A DNA stretch of 64,000 nucleotides from Felis catus (GCF_018350175.1 NC_058368.1:112222001-112286000), one strand, 5' to 3'; shown: positions 49,793-63,949, counted from the first letter of the stretch. Notes: generated by a model not told the origin, from the letters alone. A program made the numbers and translations.

Positions 49793-52263
49793 GTAAGGGC
49801 AGCCGTACTGACCCCTGCGCTTGTGCTGATCCCCTGTGTTGGGAAGGCTGGGGAGCCCATCACGCCCTTCTCTGCCCCAGGGAAGGGCACGGTTCACCTA
49901 GCCACTCATCCAGTGAGTATTTGGTAAGCACCTGCTATATGCCAGACCTAGCCAAACAAAGGAAGGGCTGGGAATAGAGAATGGTCTCACTCTTTTCTGC
50001 ATCTCCTTCCCTCTGGACCTATGAGAACAGCAAGTCCCTATTTGGGATCGTTGAACCTTGGGTCAGAAGATCTATTCTCCCCTTTCATTCTGGGTCAGGT
50101 CTCCTTGAGCTCTGAAAAGGAAATCTGTTATCATGGTTCACCTTTTTTCAATGTCGGCACATAGCAAACCTTTCTAACGTGAGCATTTCATTAGCCCTGT
50201 AAGGGAGGAATGAGTGTCCCCATTTGTCAGATGAGAAAACCGAGGTTCAGAGAGACTAGGTGACCCACCCAAGGGCACACAGCTAGTGCATGCAGACAGT
50301 ACAGCAGGGACTCTGTAGTCAGTGAGATCCCAGTTCAAATCCACACTTACTCAGCTTGTGACCATGGACTGGTTTCTTCACCCCCCTTCTCAGAACTCAT
50401 ACAGCATCCCCATTTCCTTTAGGGTAAAAACCAATGTTCCCGCAGTGGTTTTCAGTCCCTGTATGATCCAGCTGTCTCTTGCCCGTCTGCACTCAGCTCC
50501 TGCTCTTGCCCCTGTACGTGCTCTGCTTCGGCCACACTGGTCTCCTTGCTACGGCATGACCGTGCCTGGCTCCTCCCCACCACAAGGCCTTTGCACCTGC
50601 TGTTCCTGCTGCCTGGATTTAGCCATATGTAGGTCATCAGGGACTGTGACAAGACCCATGTTGGTGAAGGGTGGGAACACCCAATTGAAGAGAGATCGGG
50701 AGAGAAGGGGATGGAAGAAACAGGACAGTCCAAGTACACACGACACCTCTGAGGGGCTTGGTGGTGCTGTGAGGGGGACGGGGACGAGAGGTATGCAGCT
50801 AGAGCCAGAGCAGGGTGTGGAAGCCAACAGGGGGTTGCTTCTTAAGGCTGAAAACGTGGCATGTGTGATGCTGTGGGGAAAGGTCTGGAAAGAAGAAAAT
50901 CGTCGTTGCTCCTCCACTTCCTGCTTCTCCTCCCCCTCCTCCTCATTAGCTATGCTCAAAACTCAGCAAACACATAACAAAGCCCGTGTCTTAGCCACCA
51001 AACACCAGTGTCCAGCCCGCTGCCCCCGTGTGTCTGCGGCCTGGCCAGAGCTAGCTCCTAGTAAGGGCTTAGTAAGCACTTGCCGATGGAGGACAAACAA
51101 GGCCCCATCTGCTCTCATTTCTGGTGAGAGCAGGTATGAGGGGCCTGGTAGGCAGACCTCACTTTGTAATACCCTTGTCCATGGGCTAAGGAGCCAGGGA
51201 ATATGCCAGGGCAGCACCTGGACAGACTCCAGGAGAATCAGCTTTGCTATTCTGGCAGGAGTCAAGAGGAAGGGGAGGTCCAAAGGGTTCCCAGAGGGTC
51301 ACGGGCAGGAGGCCATGGGGGTTGGAGGCTGGGATGGGCAGAGGGCCCAGGGCAGGCTAGGACCGCTTTTGGGAGCTCCTGGGCAGCAATTACAAAACCT
51401 TGCAAACAGCTGCCTTGGACTTTGGCATCAGTTTGTTTTTCTCTTCCTGTCCAAAAATGTGCCAATTTCTGTGTTTATACAGTAACCTGGCATTGTTTTC
51501 CTAGAGTCCTTTCAAGTCACAAAGGTGCTCAAACTGGGGCACCTGAGCTTCTCCACCAATGATGAGCCAGGCTTGTGTGGTCCCAAGGCCTCTATGTCAC
51601 ACCTCTGGAAAAGTCACAAGATTTCTAAAGACCTGCCCCTGCTCTTTTCCATCTCTGGGCTGGTCCCTCCCTGGCAAGCAGCCTACCTGCAAGTGTTTGT
51701 TTAGCTTCTCTGTATGCAGAGTCGCTTCTGTCTCTGGGGAGCTGCAAGCCTTCAGCCTCAGGCGTCGCTCTGGGCTCTCACCCTTGGTGTCCTGGAAGGG
51801 CGCTGCAGAGTATTGGTGGGGCCTGTTCCCACCTGTTCCACCTGTTCCACCATTGTGGGGCACCATTGTGGGGCACCATTGTGGGGCCTGTTTTACTGCT
51901 TCTCCAGTAAAAGCTGCTAATAAAGGCATCCACTTAGGAAGCTCTGGCTGTGGGCCTGGCATTGTGCTAGACGTTCACGTGCGTCCGTTTATTTGTCCTC
52001 ACAGTAACCCCATGAAGATGGGTGCTGGTGCCCCACTTTACAGATGGCAGACCCAAGGCCTGGAGGAAGAGACTTCTGTAAAGTCCCACACACAGCAAGG
52101 GATGAGTGAGGTTCAGAGAAACCTTTGCAGCTCTTGACTGAACTCTTTCCACTTCCCCTAGCAGCTTGTTAAGCCTGTTAGTGGTGGAAATGGTCAGGGA
52201 GCCACGTCCCCTCCAGATCCCAACCAGCCAGCCCCTGACACTTGTTTGTCTCTCTCTTTACAG

Positions 52264-52397
52264 GAGCAATTTCTTGGGGGACAGCGACTCCTATGGATGT
52301 CGTGAAAAGTCGACTCCAAGCTGATGGGGTTTATTTAAACAAATACAAAGGTGTCCTGGATTGTATCTCCCAGAGTTACCAGAAGGAAGGTCTTAAA
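52264..52397 (+). CDS. SLC25A48: SLC25A48 coding exon 6 (AISWGTATPMDVVKSRLQADG...QKEGLK)
   Basis: Acceptor tctctctttacag|, donor AAA|gtaagc; 134 nt; third carrier signature PMDVVK. Confidence 0.97.
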
Positions 52398-53269
52398 GTA
52401 AGCCCCACAGTAGTCATATGGGGTCAGTGTCAGTCCCTGGAAGGTGGGCCAGACGTTTGGGGGGTATATGAGGTTACAGAGAGGGGAATCAGGAAACTAA
52501 AGTGCTCACAGTTACCATATCAAGCACGACTTGAGATTCTTGTCTCATTTAGTCCTTGCCCCAGGCTGGTGGAGGAGACAGAGGTTCAGAGAGGACTAGT
52601 AACCTACCTGAGGTCACACAGCTGGTGCATGGCAGAGCCAGGGCCTAGACCCACATCTGTGTGTCACCAAAGCTTCTCTTTCATAGGGATAGGCTGAGAG
52701 CTGCTTCCTCACTCGCTGCTCTGTGCCTCACTCTCCTGCAAGCTGGGGGCCCCAGAGCTACCTGAGTCATCACATCTCCCAGTGTCTGGTCACTTGGTCT
52801 GTCTTCTCTCTCATCCCACTTGAGTCCTTACACCATCACCTCTGGTTTCAACTATGAGGCAGACTCCAACATGGCCTTCTCTTTCCTCTTCCCTGCACCC
52901 AAAGGGCTCATTTAAATCCATGCCCCTTCCAGTCAGCAGACTCGAGTTTAAAGGCAGCCTGGCAGCCTGAGCTGGGGGGAACATCCAGGCAAGTTGCTTC
53001 ACTGCTCAGCCTCTGTTTTTCCAAGGATAATCATCCCTACCGTGAACAAGGGGGATATTTGTCAGTGAAATACAAAAAGTGCCTAGCTTCGTGCATAACA
53101 CAGTATATTTAAAAAGAGCTACTTGTCATTGGCTTTAGTATTAGTAGTTTAATTAGTGCAAATGTCACTATTGAGCATTGGGTCTTTGCTTATATGTGTC
53201 GCATCCCCAAATATATGCATACGTATATATGTATATATGTATGTGTATGTATGTGGATGGATAGATAAT

Positions 53270-55600
53270 TTTTTTTTTGCTTCAATGGAGTGCTGGAACT
53301 TCTCTGGAAACCTGGACTTCCACAAAGCCTCTTTTGTCTGCACATACATCTACATGTACATGTATATGTATGCATACACAGACACACACACACACATATA
53401 TACACACATATACTCACATATATACACATATATGTATATATATATGTGTATATATGTATATGTGTATGTATATATACGTGTATGTGTATATATATATGTA
53501 TATTTGGCTTCAGTGGAGTGCTGGAACTTCTCTGGAAACCTGGACTTCCACAAAGGCTCTCGTCAGTAGGTGACTAACCAAGGCAGTGTTCTCCAGGTGC
53601 TCCCAGACAGCAACTGAGGGGGCTGGAGCCAGGTCATACATAGGCTGCTGCAGGTTCCACTGGCAGTACTGAGGTCTGTCTGCCTAGTACCTGATACACA
53701 GAGGGACAGGACTCTGGGGTACTTGACATGTGATCCTGGATCCCATGACTCCCTCAGAGGCACCTGTCTTTGTGGATGGATGTCCAGTTTTTGTTGTTGA
53801 GGTGGGATCAACACAGGGACGTCTTGTACTGCCATGATACTGACATTACTCTATGTATTTACTTTTATTGAGGTTTTTATATCTTCATACAGCTTCAAGT
53901 TACTCTCTAGTGCCATTTCATTTCACTCTCCAGGACACCTTTGAACATTTCTTGCAGGGTAGGTCTTGTGATAATGAACTCCTTCAGCTTTTGTTTATCT
54001 GAGAATGTCATAATTTCTCCCTCAGTCTTGAAGGATAGTTTTGCTGGATATAGGATTCTTGATTGACTGTTTTTTCTTCTTTTCACACTGGATATGTTGA
54101 CCTACTGCCTTCTTGTCTTTCAAGTTTCTAATTAATAATCTGCTGGTAAACTTATTGAGGATTCTTTGTATGTAATGAGTTCCTTCTATCTTCCTGTTTT
54201 TAAAAGTTTGATTATAAAGTGTCTTGGCTTGGATCTCCTTAAGTTTATTTTGCTTGGAGTTGGTTAAGCTTCTTTGATGTTTATATTCATGTCTTTCATC
54301 AAATTTAAGAAGTTTTTAGGAAGTAATTTAGGAAGTTTTTGGCCTTTATTAAGCAAGTTTTTAGCCTTTATTACTCCAAGTATTCTCTGCCCCTGTCTCC
54401 TTTTGCTTTCTGGGATGTCCACAATGCATGTATTGGTTTGTTTGATAGTTTCCCACAGATCCCTTAGGCTGTTTTCACTGTTCTTCAATCTTGTTTCTAT
54501 TTCTCAAACTCAATAATTTCCGTTGTCTTATTTTTAAGTTTGCTGATTCTTTTTTCTGCCTGCTCAAATATACCTTTGAATCCTTATTGTGAATTTTTCA
54601 TTCCAGTTATTGTATTTTCAACTGCAGAATTTTTGTGGTTTTTTTTCTGGGTTTCCTATTTCATATTGATGTTTTTGTTTTTGTTCATATATTATTTTCT
54701 AGGTTCTCTCCACATTTTCGTGTAGTCTTCAAGCATCTTTAAGACCCTTGCTCTAAAGTCTTTGTCATGTAAATCTGCTGTCAGGTCTTTTTCAGGGACA
54801 GTGTCTCTTGACTTATTTTTTTCTTCTTCTTTAAATGGACCATACTTTCCTGTTTCCTTTGAGGCCTTGTTATTTTTTATTGGAAACCTGACATTTGAAT
54901 CTAATAATGGGTTAACTCTGGAAATCAGATTTGGTGTCTTTTGTTATTATTTTTGTTGATTGTTACATTTTTGTAATTGTTTTAGGCGGTCTCTATGCCA
55001 AAGATCAGCCTGAAATGTAAACTCGAGGTCTTCTCAGGTCTTTTCTGAGCCTTTCTCTGGGTATGCACGGTTACTTTCTAATTTTCCCCATACATGCAGT
55101 TCCTTTTTAATGTCATAGTCTTTAATGTCTATCTCCCAAAGAGGAAAAAGAGAAAAACGAAGGGGGAAAGGGTCATCAGCCAGAGGAGGAAGGGTTTGCA
55201 TCAGTGAAACAATAATGACTACCTCCCTGTTTACACCTCTGTGCTCAGAAACAGCAGTCAGTGATCAAAACATAGATCTCTAATATTTGGAGAACAGGGT
55301 CCTTATTGCCCACTCTGGCTCCCACAAGCTATGTGTGCAGGTTGCTCCTCCAGCATACATCCAGCTGCCTGCCACAGGCCTGGGGGTGAGGGAGGGGTAG
55401 CTGCTACCTTTCTGAGAGCTAAAATTGGCCGCACTTAACCATATTTACTGTGCAAACCTTCTCCTGGAAGTTGTAAGGATTCGCCAAACTGTAGAATTTC
55501 AGAAAAGTTACATCAGATTCCATCAGTGCAAATTTTATCTAGGTAAGGAAACAGTTGGCTGGCATTTCCTATTCTGCCACCTTCCTAGAATCCTCACCTC
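53270..55600 (-). mobile_element. L1 5'-end fragment (to about 53851) followed by an older L1M ORF1/5' UTR segment
   Basis: Ends gccatgatactgacattactct like an L1 5' terminus in reverse; then tgaaggatagttttgctggatataggattctt; minus ORF 54264-54488 is ORF1p-like (SLRDLWETIKQTN). Confidence 0.82.
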
Positions 55601-57120
55601 ACTTGTCTTTTGTATTATTTTAGTAGAAGCACAGTTTGTGATTCAGTCAACTACAGAGGGACACATAAGAGACATTCGCATAGGATGCTTCTTTATTTGA
55701 GATACTTTGTCTGGTATTAATTATTAATGTTTCAAAAAATTCAAGTTAATGTATCAAAACATTAATGTTATAATTCTATAAAGTCTATAGAGGCTAAATA
55801 TATTGCTGATATTATTTCCTCCAAAAATTACTGTGCTCTGTTAAAAACAAAGTCTGGGAAGGCAACTGAGGTCAGATTATAGATTTCTTAATCTCCGTAG
55901 CATTTGGTTCAGTTTATATTCAGAGACAGGTTTTAAACAGAGGCAGCCGTATTTAGCTTGATTAACCACTCATTGACTGAAATTAATTTTTTTAATTTTT
56001 ATTAGTTCATTTTAAAAATGAATAATATATGAACATAGGAAACTTCAAAAGGTAAAAGATGATATACTGTCTAAATGTCCCTCCTTGGTCTTCAGTCTTC
56101 TCTCAAAGATAATCACTGTTACGAGTTTCTTACAATATATTCCCAAAATAGTCACAGCCAGTGTGAGAATATATGTGGATAGGTATATTTATATATGTTT
56201 GTATTATGTGTTTGCATATACACAGAAACCGTAACATGAAGAAAACATCCCACGCAGTCCTGGACAGTTGGGTTGTCTCACAATCAGATTTCTGGCAGCA
56301 AGAGGAATGACTTTTCCTGGGGCCTAAGGGGTGTCCCCAGTGACAGATGGCTGTAGCACTGGCTCTATGGGCCACCCACTCCCAAATAGTTTTTACTGCC
56401 ACTCACTGAGGCATGGTAAGCCAGCCTGTTCCCATTTTACCATGGAAGAAGAACTCAGTGAAAATAAAGAATTAGAATGGAGTAAAATAATGATGACGGT
56501 ACCCATATCTGGTAGTTCTTTGTAACTCACTTAATGATTACCAGTAAAGCATTCCCTTTTTGATAGAGGGAATTAGAAGTCTAGGACTTAGGGGGCATTC
56601 CCAAATCAAAAAAGAAAGCTCTGGAAGTAGACTTTTGGGTCTACTCTGCCTGCTGTGATGATCGTCATGGGCCACATGGGCCGTTGCTCACACTTGGAGA
56701 GCTACCATCTGAAATAAGGAGGCCAGAGGAGTGACTTGGCATCTTTGAGCTGCACAGAGAGAGCTGTTGTTGAGGGGGTTTGTGATAGTGGATTGAGAGA
56801 GGTGGAGGAGGAATATTTAGGCAGTCTCTATGCCTCCCTAAGGAGAGGTGGAGAGGAATATTTGTAGGAAGAGAAGTTTCCTGAGGCACCAGAGTTGATT
56901 GCCCTTTGGTTCTGCCATCCGGGGACTGGAACCCTCCCTCCACTCTAGGAATCCCTCACTACTGCTACCACCACCAGCCCTCTTTCAGCTTGGAACTGTT
57001 TCCTTTTCACAACAAGGAATTTGTTCATTCTTTTGTGTGTCCATCCATCCATTCATCCATCCACTGATTCATTTAGTGAGACTTATAACAGACCCTCTGG
57101 GCCAAGAAAAGCATTTGACG

Positions 57121-57292
57121 CTGGGAGTTCCAAGGTGTAGATGCTGAGGGTTCCAAGGTATGGATGCTGAGCGTTCTTAGGTGTAGATTCTGGGGGTTCC
57201 AAGGTGTAGATTGGGGCTCCAAGGTGTGGATGCTGAGGGTTCCAAGGTATAGATGCTGGGGGTTCTGAAGTGTAGATGCTGGAGTATAGATG
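57121..57292. repeat. 23-bp minisatellite, about 7.5 units
   Basis: Consensus ctgagggttccaaggtgtagatg repeated with substitutions. Confidence 0.9.
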
Positions 57293-58893
57293 ATAAGTTC
57301 TGAGGCAAACCACACCGTAGCCCTGCTGTCACTGCCCTGACTGGGATTATTAATGGGGGTACAGACAAATTATGGGTGGTTAGGGACAGTGTGAGAAGTG
57401 TTGTGACAGCAGAGATGCTGAGTGCACAGAAGACAACGGGCCACAGTCCAGCTTGGGGTGCCCATGGGAAGACTGCTAGAGGTATAGCCAGGTTTGGGGA
57501 ACATTCCAGCAGAGGGAGCAGAAGATACCCAGTGGTGGGAAAGAGCTGGCTCCTTAGAGGAATGACAGGCTGTTAACCTACCCAGAATGTCAGGTATAAG
57601 AGGCAGCCCAGGTAAAGTGCAAGGCCAGAGCAAAGGGGTCTTGTCAGGCCAGAAAAGGGTGTAGACTTGACACTGGGCAGTGTGGAACTATTGAGGCTTC
57701 ATGAGGACTCAGTCTGGTGGTTTTGTATTCAGAAAGCTTGGGATAAAAGCCACCAGGTGTGTGCTTTGCCATCTTCGGGCCTTACAGCAGAGCAAACCAT
57801 GGCTGCTGGAGGGAGGTCATGTCCATATGTCTGAAGAGTCCCATGGTTCCTTCAGGGCCCAGCACTGTGGGAGAGGAGATCCACATTCCAAGCTGGGCCC
57901 TGCCTGGCTCAGCCTCACAGAACAGAGTCAAGCCCAGGCCCACAGGGGAGTGTCTGTTGCACCCAGCATGGAATTTTCCTCTCGGAGCTCGAGCCAGTTC
58001 CTTGCTGTTATTCAGTCACTGCAGGTGAGCTTGGGGAATTCCAGAAAGGTTAGACGTCAAAGAGCAGCCCTGATGTTAAAGGGTCCTCCTTGCCTTATGC
58101 CTGCATCACTCCAGGGTTTGGCTGAGCCACTTGCTTACCTGTGGGGGTCCTTGTCCATCACCTCCCTTCTCTGTGAGGGTCAAAGCTTCCCCCAAGTTCA
58201 CAGAAGCCATTCTCTCCCCTTCACAACCAAGCTACATCTTGCAGGCTGCCATGGAAGGCCAAGGTGCAGGTGCCTCTCCTGCAGAAAGACATCCTGACAT
58301 CCTGACCAATGACAGAGGCCTGTAGCTACCCTGAAACCACAGTGCCTGACAGCTGAGAAAACTGGGGAAATATAAAAGGGCTGGATTTCTCCTTCCATAA
58401 AATTACAGTACCAGTTCTATTTATTACACTTGGTAAATATACAGGGGTCAGATAACAGGTTTATATCATAGGCTTGACAGTTCTTGGGTCCTTTACGTTT
58501 GAGTAGGGCTTCCTTTAGATGTGTTGTTTATGGAAGACATTTAAGGACCACTCCTCCCCACCGCACCCCTCACCAAATCCCTTAGCTGTTCTCATCACAT
58601 TCTAGATTATATTGTAATTATTCCCAAATGGGGCCTATCTCCCCGCCCCCAGGAGGTTTAAACTGGGCAAGAGCTGGAACTACATCACACTGGTCAGATC
58701 TACTCAATGGGAAGATTCAGGGAGGAAGTGAAGTATCTTATCATATGCCCTAGGGATGGAATACAAATACCCTGTTCTTGTATAAAAGGCTGAGTTAAGC
58801 AGCTCATCAGTACAGGCCAGGCCAGGACTCCTCCGCACTTGTACTAATGATCTAAGGTTGAGTGCCACCCTGTGTAAAGATGGCTACTGATAA

Positions 58894-58925
<32 letters not shown>

Positions 58926-59264
58926 ATAGTCAACAGGTCCATGGCAGGTACTGTACAAGCGCTTTAAGAGCTTCTTCTCGTTTATTCCCTCAACAGCCAT
59001 ATCAAGTCAATAGTATTACCCCCATTTTATAGCTGGGAAGTTGAGTTCTAGAGACTTTGCTACTTGCCCAAGCAAGAGCTATTAAATGGCAAAGCTCTGT
59101 CTCGACTTCATGCCTAGTGTCTGAAAAGCATGGCCTGAGTTCTTCCCCACTCTGCCTCTTGGGGGACATCCTGTCAAAATGGTTGGTCCTGACTGGGTGC
59201 TTTGTCTACCATTGCAGAGTGAGAGTGAGTGGAGTGCAGAGCTCGGATTTCCAGGTTCCAGAGA

Positions 59265-59306
<42 letters not shown>

Positions 59307-59616
59307 TACATATGTGGGGGTACATACATGAGAAATAGCAGCAATTAAACAAGTGTATGTGGGTGTTCATGGTCAGCAGCTTGCCCACAGTATTTAGTTG
59401 TGTGTGTACCAGGCCTGGGAGGAGAAACCCCATCACAGGTGACATGGGTTGAGACAGGAGCATGACTAGGGGGCATCCGGGGTGGTTTTGGCTTGTAAGG
59501 GCCCTCTGGGCTCTGTGGGGTCCAGCCTGGGACAAGTGGGCAGCATCCCCAGCCTCTCTCTGCACCTGCAGAGGGTCCAGGTCAGTCCCCTGTGATAATG
59601 TTACGTTCTGCCAAAG

Positions 59617-59739
59617 GTGTTTTTCAGAGGCATCACTGTGAACGCTGTGCGCGGCTTCCCCATGAGTGCTGCCATGTTCCTCGGGTATGAGTTCTCGCTG
59701 CAGGCAATCCGCGGGGACCACGCCGTGACTAGCCCCTGA
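59617..59739 (+). CDS. SLC25A48: SLC25A48 coding exon 7 (VFFRGITVNAVRGFPMSAAMFLGYEFSLQAIRGDHAVTSP*)
   Basis: Acceptor gttctgccaaag|; TGA at 59737-59739. Exon lengths 46+44+72+259+258+134+123 = 936 nt = 311 aa plus stop, with no frameshift. Confidence 0.97.
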   Translation: MFFRGITVNAVRGFPMSAAMFLGYEFSLQAIRGDHAVTSP

Positions 59740-60249
59740 GCGCCAGGTCAGTGTGCTTCCTTCCCAGCCCGTTGTACCTCCTGGGAGCTTGACACTGTCT
59801 TCTTTGCCATGAACACGTTGTGACTTTCTGAAACATCCCTGCCATTTGTTTCCTCTCTGATCCGTGTGAGTTCTGGGGCTACAGTGGCCAACCTTCTTGT
59901 CATCAAAAAGCCCTTCTGAAATGCTCGCCTGTGACTGGTGGTGAGCTGGGTGCTCGCGAACTGAGATGGGCACAGAATTTCCCTGTTTATAGTAAGCTCG
60001 CCCATCTGTTTTCCCATCCAGCAGCTTCAACAACCCTTGAAGGGAAGTGTGTTTCACTTTATTATACAAATTCAGTGGCCCAGGCCCAGAAGTGAGGCCT
60101 TAAGTTAGAGTGTCCACCCCCTGCCACAGGGCACCATCTCTCCATCTTCCTACTGGACTCAGATCGTGAGTCTGAGAGCCAGCGACGGGCTCCCACAGCC
60201 CTGGAGGACAGCCTCTGTCTTTGTTCCCTGCCTCCCCCCTCTTTCTTTC

Positions 60250-60780
60250 TCCTGCTCTCATTGCAGAAAGATCACTACAGCCCAAGGGATCTAAAAAAAA
60301 GAAACCTGACCAAGTGGCTCCCTCTTGGTCACATGCCCTCTGTGGCTCCCCATTGCCCTTTAGGTAAAGCGTTAGCCCTTAACCCGTCATCACCAGCACC
60401 CTAAAATAATTTTCTCACTCTTGCCTCTGGATCTTTGCACATGCTGTCCCTGCCTGACCCCCTTTTGTCACACCCTTCCTCTTGTCCTTGGCTTTACCAA
60501 CTCCTCTCTGTCATCTGGGCTTTGGTCAAGATATCTCTTCCTCCAGGAAGCCTGCCCCGATGCCTCCCCTAAGATGAGTTGTGCCTGCTGTAGGCGCTCC
60601 CTAACAGCCCCTTCTCAGCCCCTACCACATCCCCTTGCATCATACCTGCTGATGACTCTCCTCACTCCTCAGCCAGTGTGCAGTCCTGGGAGAGCTGCCA
60701 CCGTGTCTCCGCCTCTGTGTCACTGGTGCCTCACGCGGAGCCCGACACCCAGATGGCCCCTCAGAAACATCACTGAGAAG
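60250..60780 (+). mobile_element. L2 fragment
   Basis: gtggctcccattgccctt...ctttgcacatgctgtccc...cttcctccaggaagcct are typical of L2 3' sequence. Similar L2 pieces occur near 8610-9060, 39750-40100 and 50340-50620. Confidence 0.65.
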
Positions 60781-63700
60781 ATGGGCAATCAAGTGCCAGC
60801 GTCCCCTCAGCTCCTCCCCTTCTTTTCCTCCCTGTGTCTCCTTCTCTGGCTCCACACTGGTGTCCTGCAGAGCTGAGAAGACAAGGTGGAACGAGTCACT
60901 GAATTTTCTAGTCAACAAGAAACCATTTTGCTTCAGCCTTGGCGACTACAAATTCTCTCAAGAAGGATGGCTTTTGTCAGAAAGGTCTCACAGTCCTCTC
61001 TGCTGCCTTCCCTGGGCCAGCAGAGGCCTGCTAGCATTCGTGGACGGGCCCAGACCCTAGACCCAGGGGAAGGGTGTGATGGATCAGGCCGATGAGACTG
61101 AGCCCAGGACAAGGCTTAGAATGCCGGCTTCATCAGATGATTTAGCTTTTCACTAAAGCACCCACATTCACAGCTCTCCCAGCTTTTGGCTCTCTCTTAC
61201 AAAAGGAAAAGAGTAGTAACACATTTTGCATAATTAAACGTCTTGAGTGGGTTTTGTCCAGGGCGAGGAAGAAGAACGGCCTGGTACTTAAAGCTTTGCT
61301 CAGATATCAGCTGCTCTCCGCCTTGAACAGGTGAAAATAGCTTTCAAAAAAAAAATCCTATCATAAAATCCGTGCCTCTTTATTGCAGAAAAAAATAGAA
61401 AATACAAACAGAACACAAGAAAATAACCTATTTTCTGCAGTATTTTGTAACTCATCCTTCCCATTTAATAGTTCAAGACCATTTTTTCCATGTCATTAAA
61501 TATTCAGCAGCAAGGTGGTTTTTGTGCCAAGACCTGGCAGATCCCAGAGTGGCTGGACGCTTGCCCGAGCTGTCACACCCGGCAACTTGTGACCGCCCTG
61601 GTGGTTGGCTACTTCTGGAGGAAGGAAGAAGTTTCTAGCAAGCCAAATTCTGATCATCCTGGATTTAACCTTTCAGAGCAGCGACCACCCCAGCTGGAAA
61701 CCGCCCTTTCCGGAAGTACTCTCACGGTACAAGAGGCACAGATGTGTGTCAGCCTTGCCTCTGCTGGAGTGAGACAGGAGGCTGTGGCCCCCCGGGTGGA
61801 AGAAGGGGTTTCCCAACGACTTTTCTGGAGCCTCATCTTGAACAAGCCTTCAGTTTGTTTCAACTTCCTGCTCTAACCTAACAGCCCCAAGGTCCTTTAT
61901 CAAGCCCTGGATTTGAATTTGCCGAGTAGCTCTGAGGTCATGGGCAGGTCCTCTAGGCAGCAGCAGTAGCATCTACTCTTTGAAGACTTGGAAACCACTG
62001 CCTCCCTTGTGGTCTAGATGGGGGGCAGAGTGAGAGGTGGTGTATGTTAGAGAACCTCAGAGCCCTACGGTCCCTAATCGGTGGCAGGAGGGTGCCCATC
62101 TTGAGTCCCTGGGTGCAGGTGGTAGGATGGCATGGAATGGTTTCCATTGTCTAGACTCCACCGGAGCAGCGTCCAAACCACAGTACCTACGGCCCCCTTC
62201 CAACAAGCAGGGGCAGGGTCAGAGCTCTCCCTCAGCCCCCACCAACTCCCGTGGAGGAGGAACACTTCACTTTCATTTATCCTCTCCCCCAGTTCACACA
62301 CACACGAGTGAACCAAGGACCATGGCAAATCCAGTAAGTGGGGCGTGAGGTCATTGGGATGCGGCTAGTTTGACCTGTTCTCAGGGAGTACCAGACTCAG
62401 ACAACATGAGAAAGATGACCCTGGGTGGTAGAAGTGGGGTCCCAACCCTGGTCAGAAAGTCAGCTCTTAGGTTTGTTGGAAGCCCATGAGTCCAGCTGGG
62501 CCATCCCCACCGTCCCACCAGGATCTCCTATCCCAGAAGCTTCCTGGAACAATGCTGGTCTGCCTCCTGACTTGACATTCTTGCTCCACACCTCATGGAT
62601 CTACCTTTAAATCCTGGAAAGTCCATTTCCCAGGAAATAAGATACATTCTTCCTATAATACCTTTTTTTGAGCATTTATAGATGACCTCAGACAAGCTCC
62701 TAGCCCTTCACATCTGCCCTCATGGTGATGCCCTGCCAACTCTTGCTTCATATACACAGTTTTCCCAATGGATTGTTGACCCTTAGATCCTGCTTGATAA
62801 CTTGGGTTTGATGAAAGCCTTATTTTTCATTCTGTTCCCCTAGGGCCAGCGTCACCTGGCCAGAGCTGGTGTCATCTGACCAGAGCCTCTTTTTGCTACA
62901 AGTTGGTGCTGGAGGCATGGCATCTCTAGACTCCTCAGTAGTGAACTTAAGAGAAAGAAGGCCTCTCTTCCACCCGTGCTGTGGGTCAGGTGGGCCCTCA
63001 GCCATCGGCGCCGACCTCAGAATCCCTTCTTTCCTGAGGACTCTGCTCCTCACCTCCCAGCTGCGGCCACTCACCTGCTGCCTGGGAAGGAACTGTTGGA
63101 CCATTGGACCCACTGATGGACCACCAGCTCTTTCAGATCTCCACTGGCCCCAATACAAAGCAGGATAAGATCGGCCCTGTCCCCATGCCTGCTGTTAACA
63201 CTCACTGGGAGCTCATGGAGGAGCTCAACTGTCTGCATGTTTCCAAATAAAAACACTGAAGACCTCTTCAGGTCATTACCGAATCAGATGCTTCTGCCTG
63301 GCTTCCACAGGATACTGGCCACTCTCGTTCTTCCCTCTGTTTAGATCTCTATAGATGGTGCTGGCCCAAAGAACCCGCTCCACACAGGTGAGAGGAGAAA
63401 CCAAGGATGGCCGTCATGCTTCTTTATGCCCTGCTGCCTCCGGTGGGCAAGGAGGGCACCTGACTCCGGTGGCACGTGCTGACGGGGCCCCTCAGAGTCG
63501 TGTTAGTGAGCGTGCTGGGATGGGCGTTCTCTGGGCCTTATTTCCACACGGAGAACAAAACAAAACAAAGTACTTTGTCCACAGCCTGGTTTCCAGAATG
63601 GTTTCATTATTCTAAATGTTCTCTCTCACTAGAACCATGTAGGAAGTCCATTGCTCTTTTGCTGTCCTGTGGCCTGTGTCCATGACGCCTCTCTCACTTT

Positions 63701-63949
63701 TGTGCCTACGACAGGCATCCCTAATCAGTCGTAGAGGCTTTTCCTGATGAGCCGAATGCTACTTCAGAATCCTCAGCTTAGGACCCTGGGCAGCCATCAC
63801 CAGTCAGTCAGAACTGGCGCACAGATTAATCTATTTGCCATTCTTAGCTTACATCCCAGTGGGGAAAACATCCTTAGATTATTTTGCTTTCCCCTTTGAA
63901 AGTGTCTTCCTTGATTTCTCTCTCCCCGCCCCCCCCAACCACTGCTATA

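Noticed and set aside
50322..51485. 387-aa plus-strand ORF in intron 5
   Set aside because: Begins in MIR/L2-derived sequence with a non-ATG start, has no recognisable domain or exon boundaries, and fits a chance GC-rich ORF.
59206..60069. 287-aa minus-strand ORF overlapping exon 7
   Set aside because: Antisense shadow of a coding exon running through a (CA)n repeat; no protein-like features.
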